From an uncultured bacterium (GTDB lineage: Bacteria; Auribacterota; Erginobacteria; Erginobacterales; Erginobacteraceae): a DNA stretch of 64,000 nucleotides. Shown in pieces: positions 45,793-54,089 of this stretch; within the stretch, counting starts at the first letter, position 1, and each line of letters opens with the position of its first letter. The notes under the pieces are model-generated. The model saw only the letters and a program-made list of their open reading frames with translations, had not been told where the DNA came from and made no database searches. The position numbers were made by a program, and so were the translations under genes. Location of the stretch: NCBI GenBank assembly GCA_963822585.1, contig CAWGIE010000031.1, forward strand, positions 310,753 to 374,752, read 5' to 3'.

Positions 45793-47679
45793 GCCGTTAT
45801 AGCCGTATTTATACATACCGTGGTAGAAGTAGTAATAGCTGCGGAGCTTGAGATCGATGTAATTAAGAACTATCCCGTAAATCCGGGCACCGGACTTCTC
45901 CAGCTGCTGCTTGGTCTGGAGAACGAATTTTTTGTTGATATGGCCCGAATAACAGACCAGGATCACACCGTCTACCAGGCCGGCGATAATCGTGGAATCG
46001 GTGAGCGCTCCCCCCGGCGGCGAATCGAAGACAATCCGGGCAGCGGTTTCTCTCAGCCGGGCAATGAACTCGGGCATCCGGGGAGATTCGAGCAGTTCGG
46101 ACGGGTTCGGCGGAATCGGCCCGGAGGGGACGACAAAGAGGTCCTTGATCGAGGTGGGGCGAATAACTTCCTCCAGTGATACTTCGCTTTTCAGAAAAGA
46201 AGAGAGCCCGACCGAGTTATCCAGGTCAAAGGCCTTGTGGAGTGCCGGGCGACGCATGTCCGCGTCGACCAGAATCGTCCGGGTTCCGGCATGGGCGAAG
46301 GTGATGGCCAGGTTGGCGGAGATGGTTGATTTTCCCTCGCGGGGTGCGCTGCTGGTGACCAGGAGGGCGATCGATCCGGCCTCCGGATCGCTGAAGCGGA
46401 CATTGGTCCTCAGGTTCTTGAACATCTCGGAGTGCTGGCTGGCGGGGGACCGGTCGCCGATCAGGAGCGTGTACTTTCTGGCCTCTTCCTCTCCCATCTC
46501 CTTCGGTGGGTTCATCCGGGGGATTGTGGCCAGAACGGGCAAACCAAGATAGTTTTTCACTTCTTCCGGTGTCTGGAGCGTCGGGTCGAAATACTCGAGG
46601 ATGAAGACGGCCCCCAGACCCAGGAACAGCCCGAGGACGGCGCTCAATACCAGGTTTCTGGTCTTCCGGGGCGCGACCGGGGCACCGGGACGTTCCGCCC
46701 GCTCGATAATCTCGATCCCGCTTTCGATCCCGCTGTCGGAGAGATTGAGATCTTTCAGTTTCTTGATCAGTATCTGGTACTGCTCCTGGTCGGCCCGGGC
46801 TTCTTTCTCGAGAATGCCGTATTCGATCGCCGCGCGATGAGCCTCTATGATACGCTCATTCTCGTCCGCGATCTTCTCCTTCAAAACGCTGATCTGCCGC
46901 TCGATCTCCCTGACCCGGGGATGCTTCTCTTTATAATTGTTCAGCAGATGTTCCCGTTCTATCTCCTCTTTAACCATGGTGGCCCGGAGATCATCGAGGA
47001 GGCTGACGGACCGGGAAACCCCCAGCTGATTATCGTGGACGGCAGCGGCCTGATCCCCGGATTCCGGAACTTCTCTGGTTTTTGTAACGTAGTCAATTTT
47101 TGCCATCTCGGACTGCTGTATCTTGATTTTGAGTTCATTGATCTGTTCGGTGAGAACGGCCAGGAGCCGATCGGCCGATTCCTGTTTTTCCTTTAAACTG
47201 AAGTCGATATAGACGGCGGCGGCGGTATTGGCCAGGGCCTGGGCCAGGTCGGGATCGGTAGCACGGGCCGTGATCAGGTAAATCCTGGTATCTTTCAGCT
47301 TACCCACGCTCAGCGCGCCCTGAACGCGTCCGATCCATCTCTTCCAGGAGGAGGGGTCTCGAGGAGAGGCCAGACCGAGCGTCTTGACCACTCCCTCCGC
47401 CGTCATCTTGCTCTCGATGACGTGTCGCTCGGTCTCAAAGCTGACATCGTCATAATAAGGATTCATAAAAAAGAGGGAGGAACCGGAGGCAAGATAGGAA
47501 GCGGGACTTCCCTTCTTATAGCGGATCTTGCAGGTTGCCTCATAGACGGGGGTCTGCCGAAATGTAGTGAGGGCGGTCAAACCGACCGTCAGGAAGAGGA
47601 TCAGAAAGAGGAGCCACACTTTTTTCCGGAGAATGAACAGGTAGTCAAAGAGAGGCGCCGTTAATACGTTGAAAGCCAT
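45790..47679 (-). CDS. wzc: Polysaccharide co-polymerase / tyrosine autokinase
   Basis: Two TMs around a coiled coil; SSAPREGKS (Walker A), LVDADMRRP, VFDSPP; C-terminal Tyr cluster YYYFYHGMYKYGY. Confidence 0.92.
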   Translation of the reverse strand: MAFNVLTAPLFDYLFILRKKVWLLFLILFLTVGLTALTTFRQTPVYEATCKIRYKKGSPASYLASGSSLFFMNPYYDDVSFETERHVIESKMTAEGVVKTLGLASPRDPSSWKRWIGRVQGALSVGKLKDTRIYLITARATDPDLAQALANTAAAVYIDFSLKEKQESADRLLAVLTEQINELKIKIQQSEMAKIDYVTKTREVPESGDQAAAVHDNQLGVSRSVSLLDDLRATMVKEEIEREHLLNNYKEKHPRVREIERQISVLKEKIADENERIIEAHRAAIEYGILEKEARADQEQYQILIKKLKDLNLSDSGIESGIEIIERAERPGAPVAPRKTRNLVLSAVLGLFLGLGAVFILEYFDPTLQTPEEVKNYLGLPVLATIPRMNPPKEMGEEEARKYTLLIGDRSPASQHSEMFKNLRTNVRFSDPEAGSIALLVTSSAPREGKSTISANLAITFAHAGTRTILVDADMRRPALHKAFDLDNSVGLSSFLKSEVSLEEVIRPTSIKDLFVVPSGPIPPNPSELLESPRMPEFIARLRETAARIVFDSPPGGALTDSTIIAGLVDGVILVCYSGHINKKFVLQTKQQLEKSGARIYGIVLNYIDLKLRSYYYFYHGMYKYGYNG

Positions 47680-47684
47680 GATAG

Positions 47685-47850
47685 GAAGTGCCTAAAGTTT
47701 AAAGTTTTCAGCCAAAGGCTGATCCGCCTCCGGCGGAGAAGTGCCTAAAGTTAAAAACCCGCCTTCCCACCGGAGCAGGAAACTGAACCTTTATTAGATA
47801 CTCTAACAAAAATTAATCTCAATTTGCGAGCGCAGCGAGCTAATTTATAT
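47685..47850. repeat. AAGTGCCTAAAGTT repeats with REP insert; partial copy of the REPIN tail
   Basis: gaagtgcctaaagtt occurs twice around cagccaaaggctgatccgcctccggcgga; aatttgcgagcgcagcgagctaatttat from 47821 overlaps the wza stop. Confidence 0.7.
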
Positions 47851-48798
47851 CCACGATTCGGGCACGATGATCAGATCTCCGGGGAGGAGATTAATATTCT
47901 TGTCCCTTTCCCCGTCAAGAATATCGTCGTACTCAATCTCGATCTCTTTCTGCTGTTCCCCCTTCCCCCGGACAAGACGGGCGCGGTTCCCGGAAGCGTA
48001 ATCGGCCAGGCCCCCGGCATCCATCAGAGCGTCCAGGGCGGTCATATTTTCATTCCAGTGAAAAGAGCCGGGGGCGGTGACGGCCCCGACGACATAGACC
48101 CGATTTTCGGAAGTAAAAGTCCCGGCCGTCTCCGGGACGGAAACGGTGATGATGTCCTCATCCTGGAGGAAGAGATCATCCCCACCGCGGAGGAGGGACT
48201 GCAGATTGACCGTAATCTGCTCCTGCTTCTTGGTAACGGCGTCCGACCGCAGTATTCCGATTACCCCGTCGCCCCATAATTTCGGACCGCCGGCCTGAAG
48301 AAAGTTGGTGAGGAGGGAGCGGTTTTCGCCCAGCCGGCGGATCCCGGGGTTAGAGACATTGCCGAAAAAATACACCACCTGGCTGTGGTACTCGGCCACG
48401 GTCAAATCCACCCGGGGCTGCCGGATATAGTCCCGGGTCAGGATCTCTTTCAGACGATCGAGGATCTCCGTCTCCGTGAGACCGGAAACTTTGATATCTC
48501 CCACCCAGGACCAGGAGATGGTCCCTTCATGGGAAACCCGGAACAACCCCGAGATATCGGGCTCGCCGTAAACTGTAATCTTCAGGATATCTCCGGGACC
48601 AAGCCGGTAGACATTATTTTCCCCCGACCAAAAACCGGCTGCAGGGGTCGGAGTAGGCATTGCGGTGCCGGATACGGGGGTTGCTTCCCCTTCTTCCGGA
48701 GGCACCATCGCCTCCGGACCGGCACAACCGGTTATCATCAGGCAGAAAATAAAAACCACGTATAGGTTTTGTTTTATTATCCCCATAAAAGCCACCAT
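47845..48798 (-). CDS. wza: Polysaccharide export lipoprotein (Poly_export + SLBB domains)
   Basis: Lipobox ITGC; YRLGPGDILKITVYGEPD; two SLBB repeats (VYVVGAVTAPG); LLPGDLIIVPES. Confidence 0.88.
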   Translation of the reverse strand: MVAFMGIIKQNLYVVFIFCLMITGCAGPEAMVPPEEGEATPVSGTAMPTPTPAAGFWSGENNVYRLGPGDILKITVYGEPDISGLFRVSHEGTISWSWVGDIKVSGLTETEILDRLKEILTRDYIRQPRVDLTVAEYHSQVVYFFGNVSNPGIRRLGENRSLLTNFLQAGGPKLWGDGVIGILRSDAVTKKQEQITVNLQSLLRGGDDLFLQDEDIITVSVPETAGTFTSENRVYVVGAVTAPGSFHWNENMTALDALMDAGGLADYASGNRARLVRGKGEQQKEIEIEYDDILDGERDKNINLLPGDLIIVPESWI

Positions 48799-48822
48799 AA
48801 CTATTTTGTCTTAGAGACTGCC

Positions 48823-48980
48823 TGATGAAATGACGAAATTCGAATAAGGAATGACGAAAGAATGGCGAAAACCAAATATCAAATGCCTAAGTATGCTTCG
48901 CCCTACTGGACCGCTTAGCCTAATAAATAGTAGGAATTCAGTCATTTATCATTCGTGTTTCATTCGGGTTTCGTCATTCT
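48823..48980. repeat. Palindrome of tandem GAATGAC-type heptamers
   Basis: aaatgacgaaattcgaataaggaatgacgaaagaatggcgaaa ... ttcagtcatttatcattcgtgtttcattcgggtttcgtcattc. Confidence 0.8.
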
Positions 48981-49001
48981 TATTTTTCGCAGAAAAATAG
49001 A

Positions 49002-50138
49002 TTACAGTGTTATGTTCACCCCCAGATAAACCCGGTTCGCCCGGGCACTGTCTTCGGGGGGCATATCCACGTTTTCTATTCTGATATATCCCCCATTGAG
49101 GGCGGCCCATTTATTCAACCGGTAGATTATCCCGGCTTTCAAGCTGATATACTTGGTATCGACGCCGGAAAGGGTGTAATGATGATATCGCAAATAACTC
49201 TCCAGGCCAAGCCTTTTTACCGGATCATAGCGGAGAGATAGTTCATAGTTCCTTTCTGTGTATGGTTGGCCCTCTATGTCAACAGTCAGGCGACGGCTGA
49301 ACACAGCCGCCAGGCTGATTTTCGAGGTCGGGACCCATTTCCCGGTAACGGAGTATACGTATCCATGGCTTTTATCCCCCCCGGTGTCGTTGAATGAATA
49401 GCCAAAGGCTCCTGAAAGTGCCCACTTCTTCCCCAGTCCCAGTGTAAGCCCCGCTTCGGGGACGAACTGCTGAAAGTCGGGAGCACTGTTAAAATATTTC
49501 ATTTCATAGCTGTTGCGCTGAAAGAAAGATAAAGATCGTTCGACCTCGAAAATGAAACGGGTAAAAAACCGATGCCCGAAATAGTCGTCGCCGGACACCC
49601 CGCTGGAGAGATAATCAACGCGCGAGAATTCATAGCCGGCGCCGGCCTTCATCTTCCGGGAAAAACGCATCTCCCAGGCCGGCGTGACGGAGAAAATGTT
49701 TCTCTGGGTCAGGTTTGACGGCTGGTCGCTCGGCTCGGTGACATTGACCGGTACCGCTTTGTACTCGTCGCTTATGTCCAGGGTCAAGGTTCTTGATTTA
49801 AAAAGATTGAGCGCCTTCAGGGTCTTGATGGAGAAATTATAAAAGGTGCGATTGAGATCCGACCGCTTCCGGTACTGGTAGCGAGTAAGTGTAAAGTCGG
49901 TTTCAATCGGCAGCCATGGTAGATCGAGAAGGACACTCAGACCGGGGGAGATTACCGCGTAAACATCGCTGCCACCGGTCTGGGGAGAGAAATCAACATT
50001 GTCGTCGTAATACCCGGTCAGGGAGAAGTGAGGCGTCAACTTTACCAACTCCTCACCCCGGGCCGGGAGCGGGAAGAGATTGAAAGCCGCGAATAGAAAC
50101 GCGGTGCTCCCGAGCATAACGTGTGATCTTCTCGCCAT
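49002..50138 (-). CDS. Outer-membrane beta-barrel protein of EPS export type
   Basis: Signal peptide; YDDNV near the N-terminus; alternating aromatic beta strands; ends NRVYLGVNITL; adjacent to wza. Confidence 0.75.
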   Translation of the reverse strand: MARRSHVMLGSTAFLFAAFNLFPLPARGEELVKLTPHFSLTGYYDDNVDFSPQTGGSDVYAVISPGLSVLLDLPWLPIETDFTLTRYQYRKRSDLNRTFYNFSIKTLKALNLFKSRTLTLDISDEYKAVPVNVTEPSDQPSNLTQRNIFSVTPAWEMRFSRKMKAGAGYEFSRVDYLSSGVSGDDYFGHRFFTRFIFEVERSLSFFQRNSYEMKYFNSAPDFQQFVPEAGLTLGLGKKWALSGAFGYSFNDTGGDKSHGYVYSVTGKWVPTSKISLAAVFSRRLTVDIEGQPYTERNYELSLRYDPVKRLGLESYLRYHHYTLSGVDTKYISLKAGIIYRLNKWAALNGGYIRIENVDMPPEDSARANRVYLGVNITL

Positions 50139-50265
50139 TAAAATTTCCCCCCGGGAAAAATCTAACCCAGATTATGTGGTTGGCGTGGATGAAATGTATT
50201 AAGATTATGATGCTGTATCGGTTGCAAAAAACACAGACGCATTAAACAATGCGAACGAGTATTTT

Positions 50266-50279
50266 TGCAATCGATTGCA
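50266..50279. promoter_or_regulatory. Perfect 14-bp palindrome, possible LacI-family operator
   Basis: TGCAATCGATTGCA in the AT-rich region upstream of the beta-barrel/wza/wzc genes. Confidence 0.35.
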
Positions 50280-50330
50280 GCCCATAAGATTGGCGCAGTT
50301 CGCCACGTCAATCGCATAATCTGGGTTAAA

Positions 50331-50900
50331 TTAGAGAAGAGTACCCAGCATCTCGATCACGGCCAGCTGAGCGACCCGGTTCAGCGGATCTTTCTGAGAA
50401 AGGAGAAGATCGTAGCTGGAGCGGGTGACACTGGCCGCCCAGACAACTTCCCCGGTGGCAACGCTGATCAGGCGGGCGTTGATCCCCACCGCCGGTTCCA
50501 CTTCCTCATCTTCTTCCCGGGAAACCCGGTACCAGTATTCCGAAACCGATCCGATCATCACCCCGTCCACGCCCAGCTTCTTCCCCAGGGTCTGCGCGTA
50601 CTCGGCATCCATCGCCTCGGGGATCCGGATCCCCTCTTCAGCGCAGATGGCCACCGCCTCGGTTCTCTCCATGACCTTGAATCGCCTCGAGATGTAGAGC
50701 TCCGTCGCGATCAGGTCGGGGAGGATCTTCCCCGCCTCGTAGTACTTGGTCATATTCTCGAAGGGGAGAATCGCCACCGTCTTGATCGATGAAAGGTCCG
50801 ACCCGTCCTCAGCCCGGGCCGAGACGTATTGGTGCCCGCAGCCGGCCGTTATCAGTAATGGGACCACCCCCAGGAGTATCCATCCCCATTTCTTTTGCAT
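50331..50900 (-). CDS. PelC/CsgG-like lipoprotein (copy A)
   Basis: Start ATG 50900; lipobox TAGC; VAILPFENMT, GVDGVMIGSVSEYWY and EPAVGINARLI..ATGEVVW. Confidence 0.75.
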   Translation of the reverse strand: MQKKWGWILLGVVPLLITAGCGHQYVSARAEDGSDLSSIKTVAILPFENMTKYYEAGKILPDLIATELYISRRFKVMERTEAVAICAEEGIRIPEAMDAEYAQTLGKKLGVDGVMIGSVSEYWYRVSREEDEEVEPAVGINARLISVATGEVVWAASVTRSSYDLLLSQKDPLNRVAQLAVIEMLGTLL

Positions 50901-50919
50901 TAGTATTCTCCTATTTAAC

Positions 50920-51080
50920 CGGTAATCAGTGATCAGTAATCGGTAATCAGTACTCGGCAATCCGTCAGGCCACTGATTACCGATCACTGATTACTGATTA
51001 CTCTTTTAACATTCGACGTTGAACGTTTTTAACCCGAGATGACCGGAGGTCATTTTTCGGGTCGATGTTGAAAGTTCATT
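50920..51080. repeat. GTAATCA heptamer palindrome followed by a GACGTTG-type arm
   Basis: cggtaatcagtgatcagtaatcggtaatcagt / actgattaccgatcactgattactgattac; then ttcgacgttgaacgtt...tcgatgttgaaagtt. Confidence 0.85.
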
Positions 51081-51090
51081 CCTTTATCTA

Positions 51091-51657
51091 TCATTCAAGT
51101 CCACCGACCATATTCGCGACCACGATCTGGGCTATCCGGTTGATGTGATCCCGATCGGCGGTGAATATATCGTGGCTGGAACGGCTGTGGCTGGCAGCCC
51201 AGATAACATCCCCTGAGGCCACGTCCACCAGACGGGCATTGATCCCCACCGCGGGTTCCTCGCCTCCCGGCCGGCGAACACGCTGCTCCAGACGGTACCA
51301 GTACTCAGAGACCGAACCGATGAAGACGCCATCCACATCCAGTGCCTTTCCGATATTCACGGCGGCCAGGCGATCGATAACCTGGGGCGCGGTGATTTTT
51401 TTCTCCCTCATCATCCTTTTCACCTGATTGCGATCCAGGATCTTGAAGTGAGTGCTCTGGTACAATTCGGTGGTGAACAGCTCGGCCACGATCTCCCCGG
51501 CGTCGGGAAACTTGGTCAGGTTCTCGAAAGGCATTACCGCCACCGTCTTGATGGACTCGATGGCATCTTCAGATCCCATGTAATCACGCTCCAGGGTATG
51601 CCCGCAGCCGAAGATTATCAGAGCCAGGGCTGAAATAAGCGGTATGAATGATTTCAT
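51091..51657 (-). CDS. PelC/CsgG-like lipoprotein (copy B)
   Basis: Lipobox IFGC; VAVMPFENLT, GSVSEYWY and EPAVGINARLV; clear paralogue of 50331-50900; GAGGAGG RBS. Confidence 0.75.
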   Translation of the reverse strand: MKSFIPLISALALIIFGCGHTLERDYMGSEDAIESIKTVAVMPFENLTKFPDAGEIVAELFTTELYQSTHFKILDRNQVKRMMREKKITAPQVIDRLAAVNIGKALDVDGVFIGSVSEYWYRLEQRVRRPGGEEPAVGINARLVDVASGDVIWAASHSRSSHDIFTADRDHINRIAQIVVANMVGGLE

Positions 51658-51692
51658 TTTTTATCCTCCTCTCAAAATTAGATTATGGGTCG

Positions 51693-51758
51693 AGTCCGAC
51701 GGATCGGACAGATCGGACAGATCGGACCGATCGGTCCGATCGGTCCGATCTGTCCGAT
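51693..51758. repeat. Palindrome of tandem 9-mers (GATCGGACA/GATCGGTCC)
   Basis: ggatcggacagatcggacagatcggaccgatcggtccgatcggtccgatctgtccgat. Confidence 0.85.
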
Positions 51759-51837
51759 ATGATCTTTTTCCCCACGCTGAGCTTAATCCAAGAATAAAAA
51801 TATAGTGTGGCAAAAGATACCACAAGACCAACTTAAA

Positions 51838-51893
51838 TTAAAACCACGAAGTGCTCAAACCTGCGGGCATATTTGAGCACTTCGTGGTTTTAA
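51838..51893 (-). terminator. Rho-independent terminator-like hairpin
   Basis: Perfect 22-bp stem ttaaaaccacgaagtgctcaaa / tttgagcacttcgtggttttaa, 12 nt after the stop at 51906. Confidence 0.8.
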
Positions 51894-51905
51894 CGGCCAA
51901 GATTT

Positions 51906-53687
51906 TCAGGACCCCGGAACATAGGGGCTGAGTGGTTCGAAACCGGGGGTGGGACGGGGGCCGCCTTCGGACGGTTCCGGCTCCGGTTCCGGTTCCTCCT
52001 CTTCCTCTGAACCTCCGTACCGTTCTTCGACTTCCTTTAAGTTCCGGAGGGCCTCTGCGCGGGTGACCGGCTGCTTGGCGAGCGCATCGAGATCGGGGGT
52101 CAGCCAGGGCCGTTTCCGCAATTCGAAGACGTCCAGGCCATCCGATCCGGGCATCGTTACTTCGAGAACATGTTCCCCTTTTGTCAGTTCCAGCGAGACG
52201 ACCTCCTGCCAGAGGAAAGAATCTTGCGAGCGGGGAAAGACGTCTCTCTTTTCGCGAAAATCATCCTTCTTGGGATCGATGACCCAGGTCATCTTAGACG
52301 ATCCGAATGAGCGCATATAGACGGCGTACATACCGTCTTCATCGACCCGGACAGTATACCGGAATGTTGTGAGGTCCTTTGCGGGCTTCACCCATTCCTG
52401 ATCGGAAGGCTCTCCGTAGCGACCGTCGTCGGACCGGTCGACGGCTCCCTTCGCGCTGACGTAGTCCTCCCCTTCCACCGACTTGTAAGGTTCGTAACGC
52501 CGCCGGTCTTTCTGGTCCGCTGCCGGCGTCGGCGGCAGCGCGCCCTCCTGCAATCCCAGGTCGGAGAGCAGCTGGAGGTAATTTCCGGCCTCGGCGCGGC
52601 GGCGCAGAACCATGATAACGTCGGTGCCGTTGCCTTTCCTCAGAACAACCTCGATCGTGTGCGGCCCCTTTTCCAGCAACGTGGTGGTGACGGGGAACCA
52701 GCCGAACTTTTTGGGTGAGATCGGCTTCCGAGTGACTTTTTCGAGCCCGAGGTCCAGCGTCCAGTCCTCATCGCTGGTGCCGAATCCGCGGGCCTGGATG
52801 GAATAAAGACCTTTCTCGGGAACATCGAAATGATAGGAGGCAGTCACTTCCCCTTCCGACTTGAGCCACCTGTCTTCGGAGGAGACACCCGGCTTCTGTC
52901 CCTTCGTGACATCGTAATTGCCGGCGGCCTGATCAAACAGCTCCGCTTCCATGATCAGGTAGAACCCTTCGTCGATCGGGAGCTCATCCTCCAGATTGAG
53001 GGCCTTGATCAGGGTTTCGGCCTTGGCGCCGTAGGTGAGGGGCTTGAGGGGATCGAACCCGCCGGCGGGAACGACCGGTGGGGCGGTGCCGGTGATGAGT
53101 TCGAAGACGTCGAGCGCGCTCCCGGGGGAAACCGCCACCGTGATATTATGCTCGCCCGGCTTTAAATTATACTCACCGACATCGAACCATGAGAACTCGC
53201 TGTCCGGGGTAAGCATGACGCTCCCCCCTTCATCGACCGACCAGAACTGGGCTCCGCCCCGAATCCGGGCACGGATCTTGTACTGCCGGTTGATCGGGAC
53301 GTCCACCCGGTACTTAACGGTGCCGGATTCCTTCCCCGATCCCAGCCATTTCTTCCGGCTGGCCATAACGGAATCGGGAGCGATCTCCGTGGACATGGCC
53401 GGAGATGCCTCCCGGTAATCCTCGCCTTCAACCCGTTGATATCCCTGCTGCCCCAGGATGGATATATACCGGTCGGCGGATGTTCCCTCGGGGAGGGCCT
53501 TCTCCAGGCCCAGGCCCCGGGCCAGATAAACGGCCCACTCCCCCTGGGTGATCGGGGCCTCGCCGGCTGAGGCCGCGGCGGAGGAAAGAAAAATTCCCAG
53601 TCCCAGAATCATCCCGGATATTATTTTAGTGAATCCCACTCTGTTCATTCTTTGGATCCTGATTATTTTGTTATCCGCGCCCACCAC
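51906..53687 (-). CDS. Secreted protein with three repeated beta-sandwich (CBM6/35-like) modules and SLH-like helices
   Basis: Signal peptide; modules start VEGEDY, MEAELF, VEGEDY and end L..GEH.I.V....LDVFEL; ITQGEWA/LTYGAKA/VTRAEAL helices; EP-rich tail. Confidence 0.55.
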   Translation of the reverse strand: MVGADNKIIRIQRMNRVGFTKIISGMILGLGIFLSSAAASAGEAPITQGEWAVYLARGLGLEKALPEGTSADRYISILGQQGYQRVEGEDYREASPAMSTEIAPDSVMASRKKWLGSGKESGTVKYRVDVPINRQYKIRARIRGGAQFWSVDEGGSVMLTPDSEFSWFDVGEYNLKPGEHNITVAVSPGSALDVFELITGTAPPVVPAGGFDPLKPLTYGAKAETLIKALNLEDELPIDEGFYLIMEAELFDQAAGNYDVTKGQKPGVSSEDRWLKSEGEVTASYHFDVPEKGLYSIQARGFGTSDEDWTLDLGLEKVTRKPISPKKFGWFPVTTTLLEKGPHTIEVVLRKGNGTDVIMVLRRRAEAGNYLQLLSDLGLQEGALPPTPAADQKDRRRYEPYKSVEGEDYVSAKGAVDRSDDGRYGEPSDQEWVKPAKDLTTFRYTVRVDEDGMYAVYMRSFGSSKMTWVIDPKKDDFREKRDVFPRSQDSFLWQEVVSLELTKGEHVLEVTMPGSDGLDVFELRKRPWLTPDLDALAKQPVTRAEALRNLKEVEERYGGSEEEEEPEPEPEPSEGGPRPTPGFEPLSPYVPGS

Positions 53688-53696
53688 GGACCCTTT

Positions 53697-54089
53697 CTAT
53701 TTATTCACCATCGGTTCGGGATAAACGAAATAGTAAACCGGGCTGTAACTCCCCTCCATCCCGGTTGCGTTGATGCTGCTGACGCGCCAGAAATATGTCC
53801 CGTGGGGAAGTTTATCAAACACGTGCCGGTTGACCTCAGTGTACGCCTCCCGGGTCAGCCGGTAAAATTCCCGGTCGGGGGAGAGTTCGATATGATACTT
53901 CACCGCCGGCTCCACGATCGACCACACGAACTCCGTTTCCGCGATTGATCCGCTGATCACCCCACCGCTGGTGGGGGCAATCAATCGTGCCGGGGGCGGC
54001 GGGAGTGACGCCGTGTTCACTACTTCTTCCCCTCCCCAAACGGCCGGGGAGAGAAGAAATAAAATTACCATCAGTGCTGTCTTTCTCAT
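53697..54089 (-). CDS. Small secreted fibronectin-III-like protein (130 aa)
   Basis: Real start ATG 54089 (ATGA overlap), MRKTALMVILFLLSPAVWG signal; FVW...YHIELSPDREF...GTYFWRVSSIN. Confidence 0.7.
   Translation of the reverse strand: MRKTALMVILFLLSPAVWGGEEVVNTASLPPPPARLIAPTSGGVISGSIAETEFVWSIVEPAVKYHIELSPDREFYRLTREAYTEVNRHVFDKLPHGTYFWRVSSINATGMEGSYSPVYYFVYPEPMVNK

Noticed and set aside
50920..51758. CRISPR array suggested by short repeats
   Set aside because: Units are 7-9 nt in tandem without unique spacers, and no cas genes are present.
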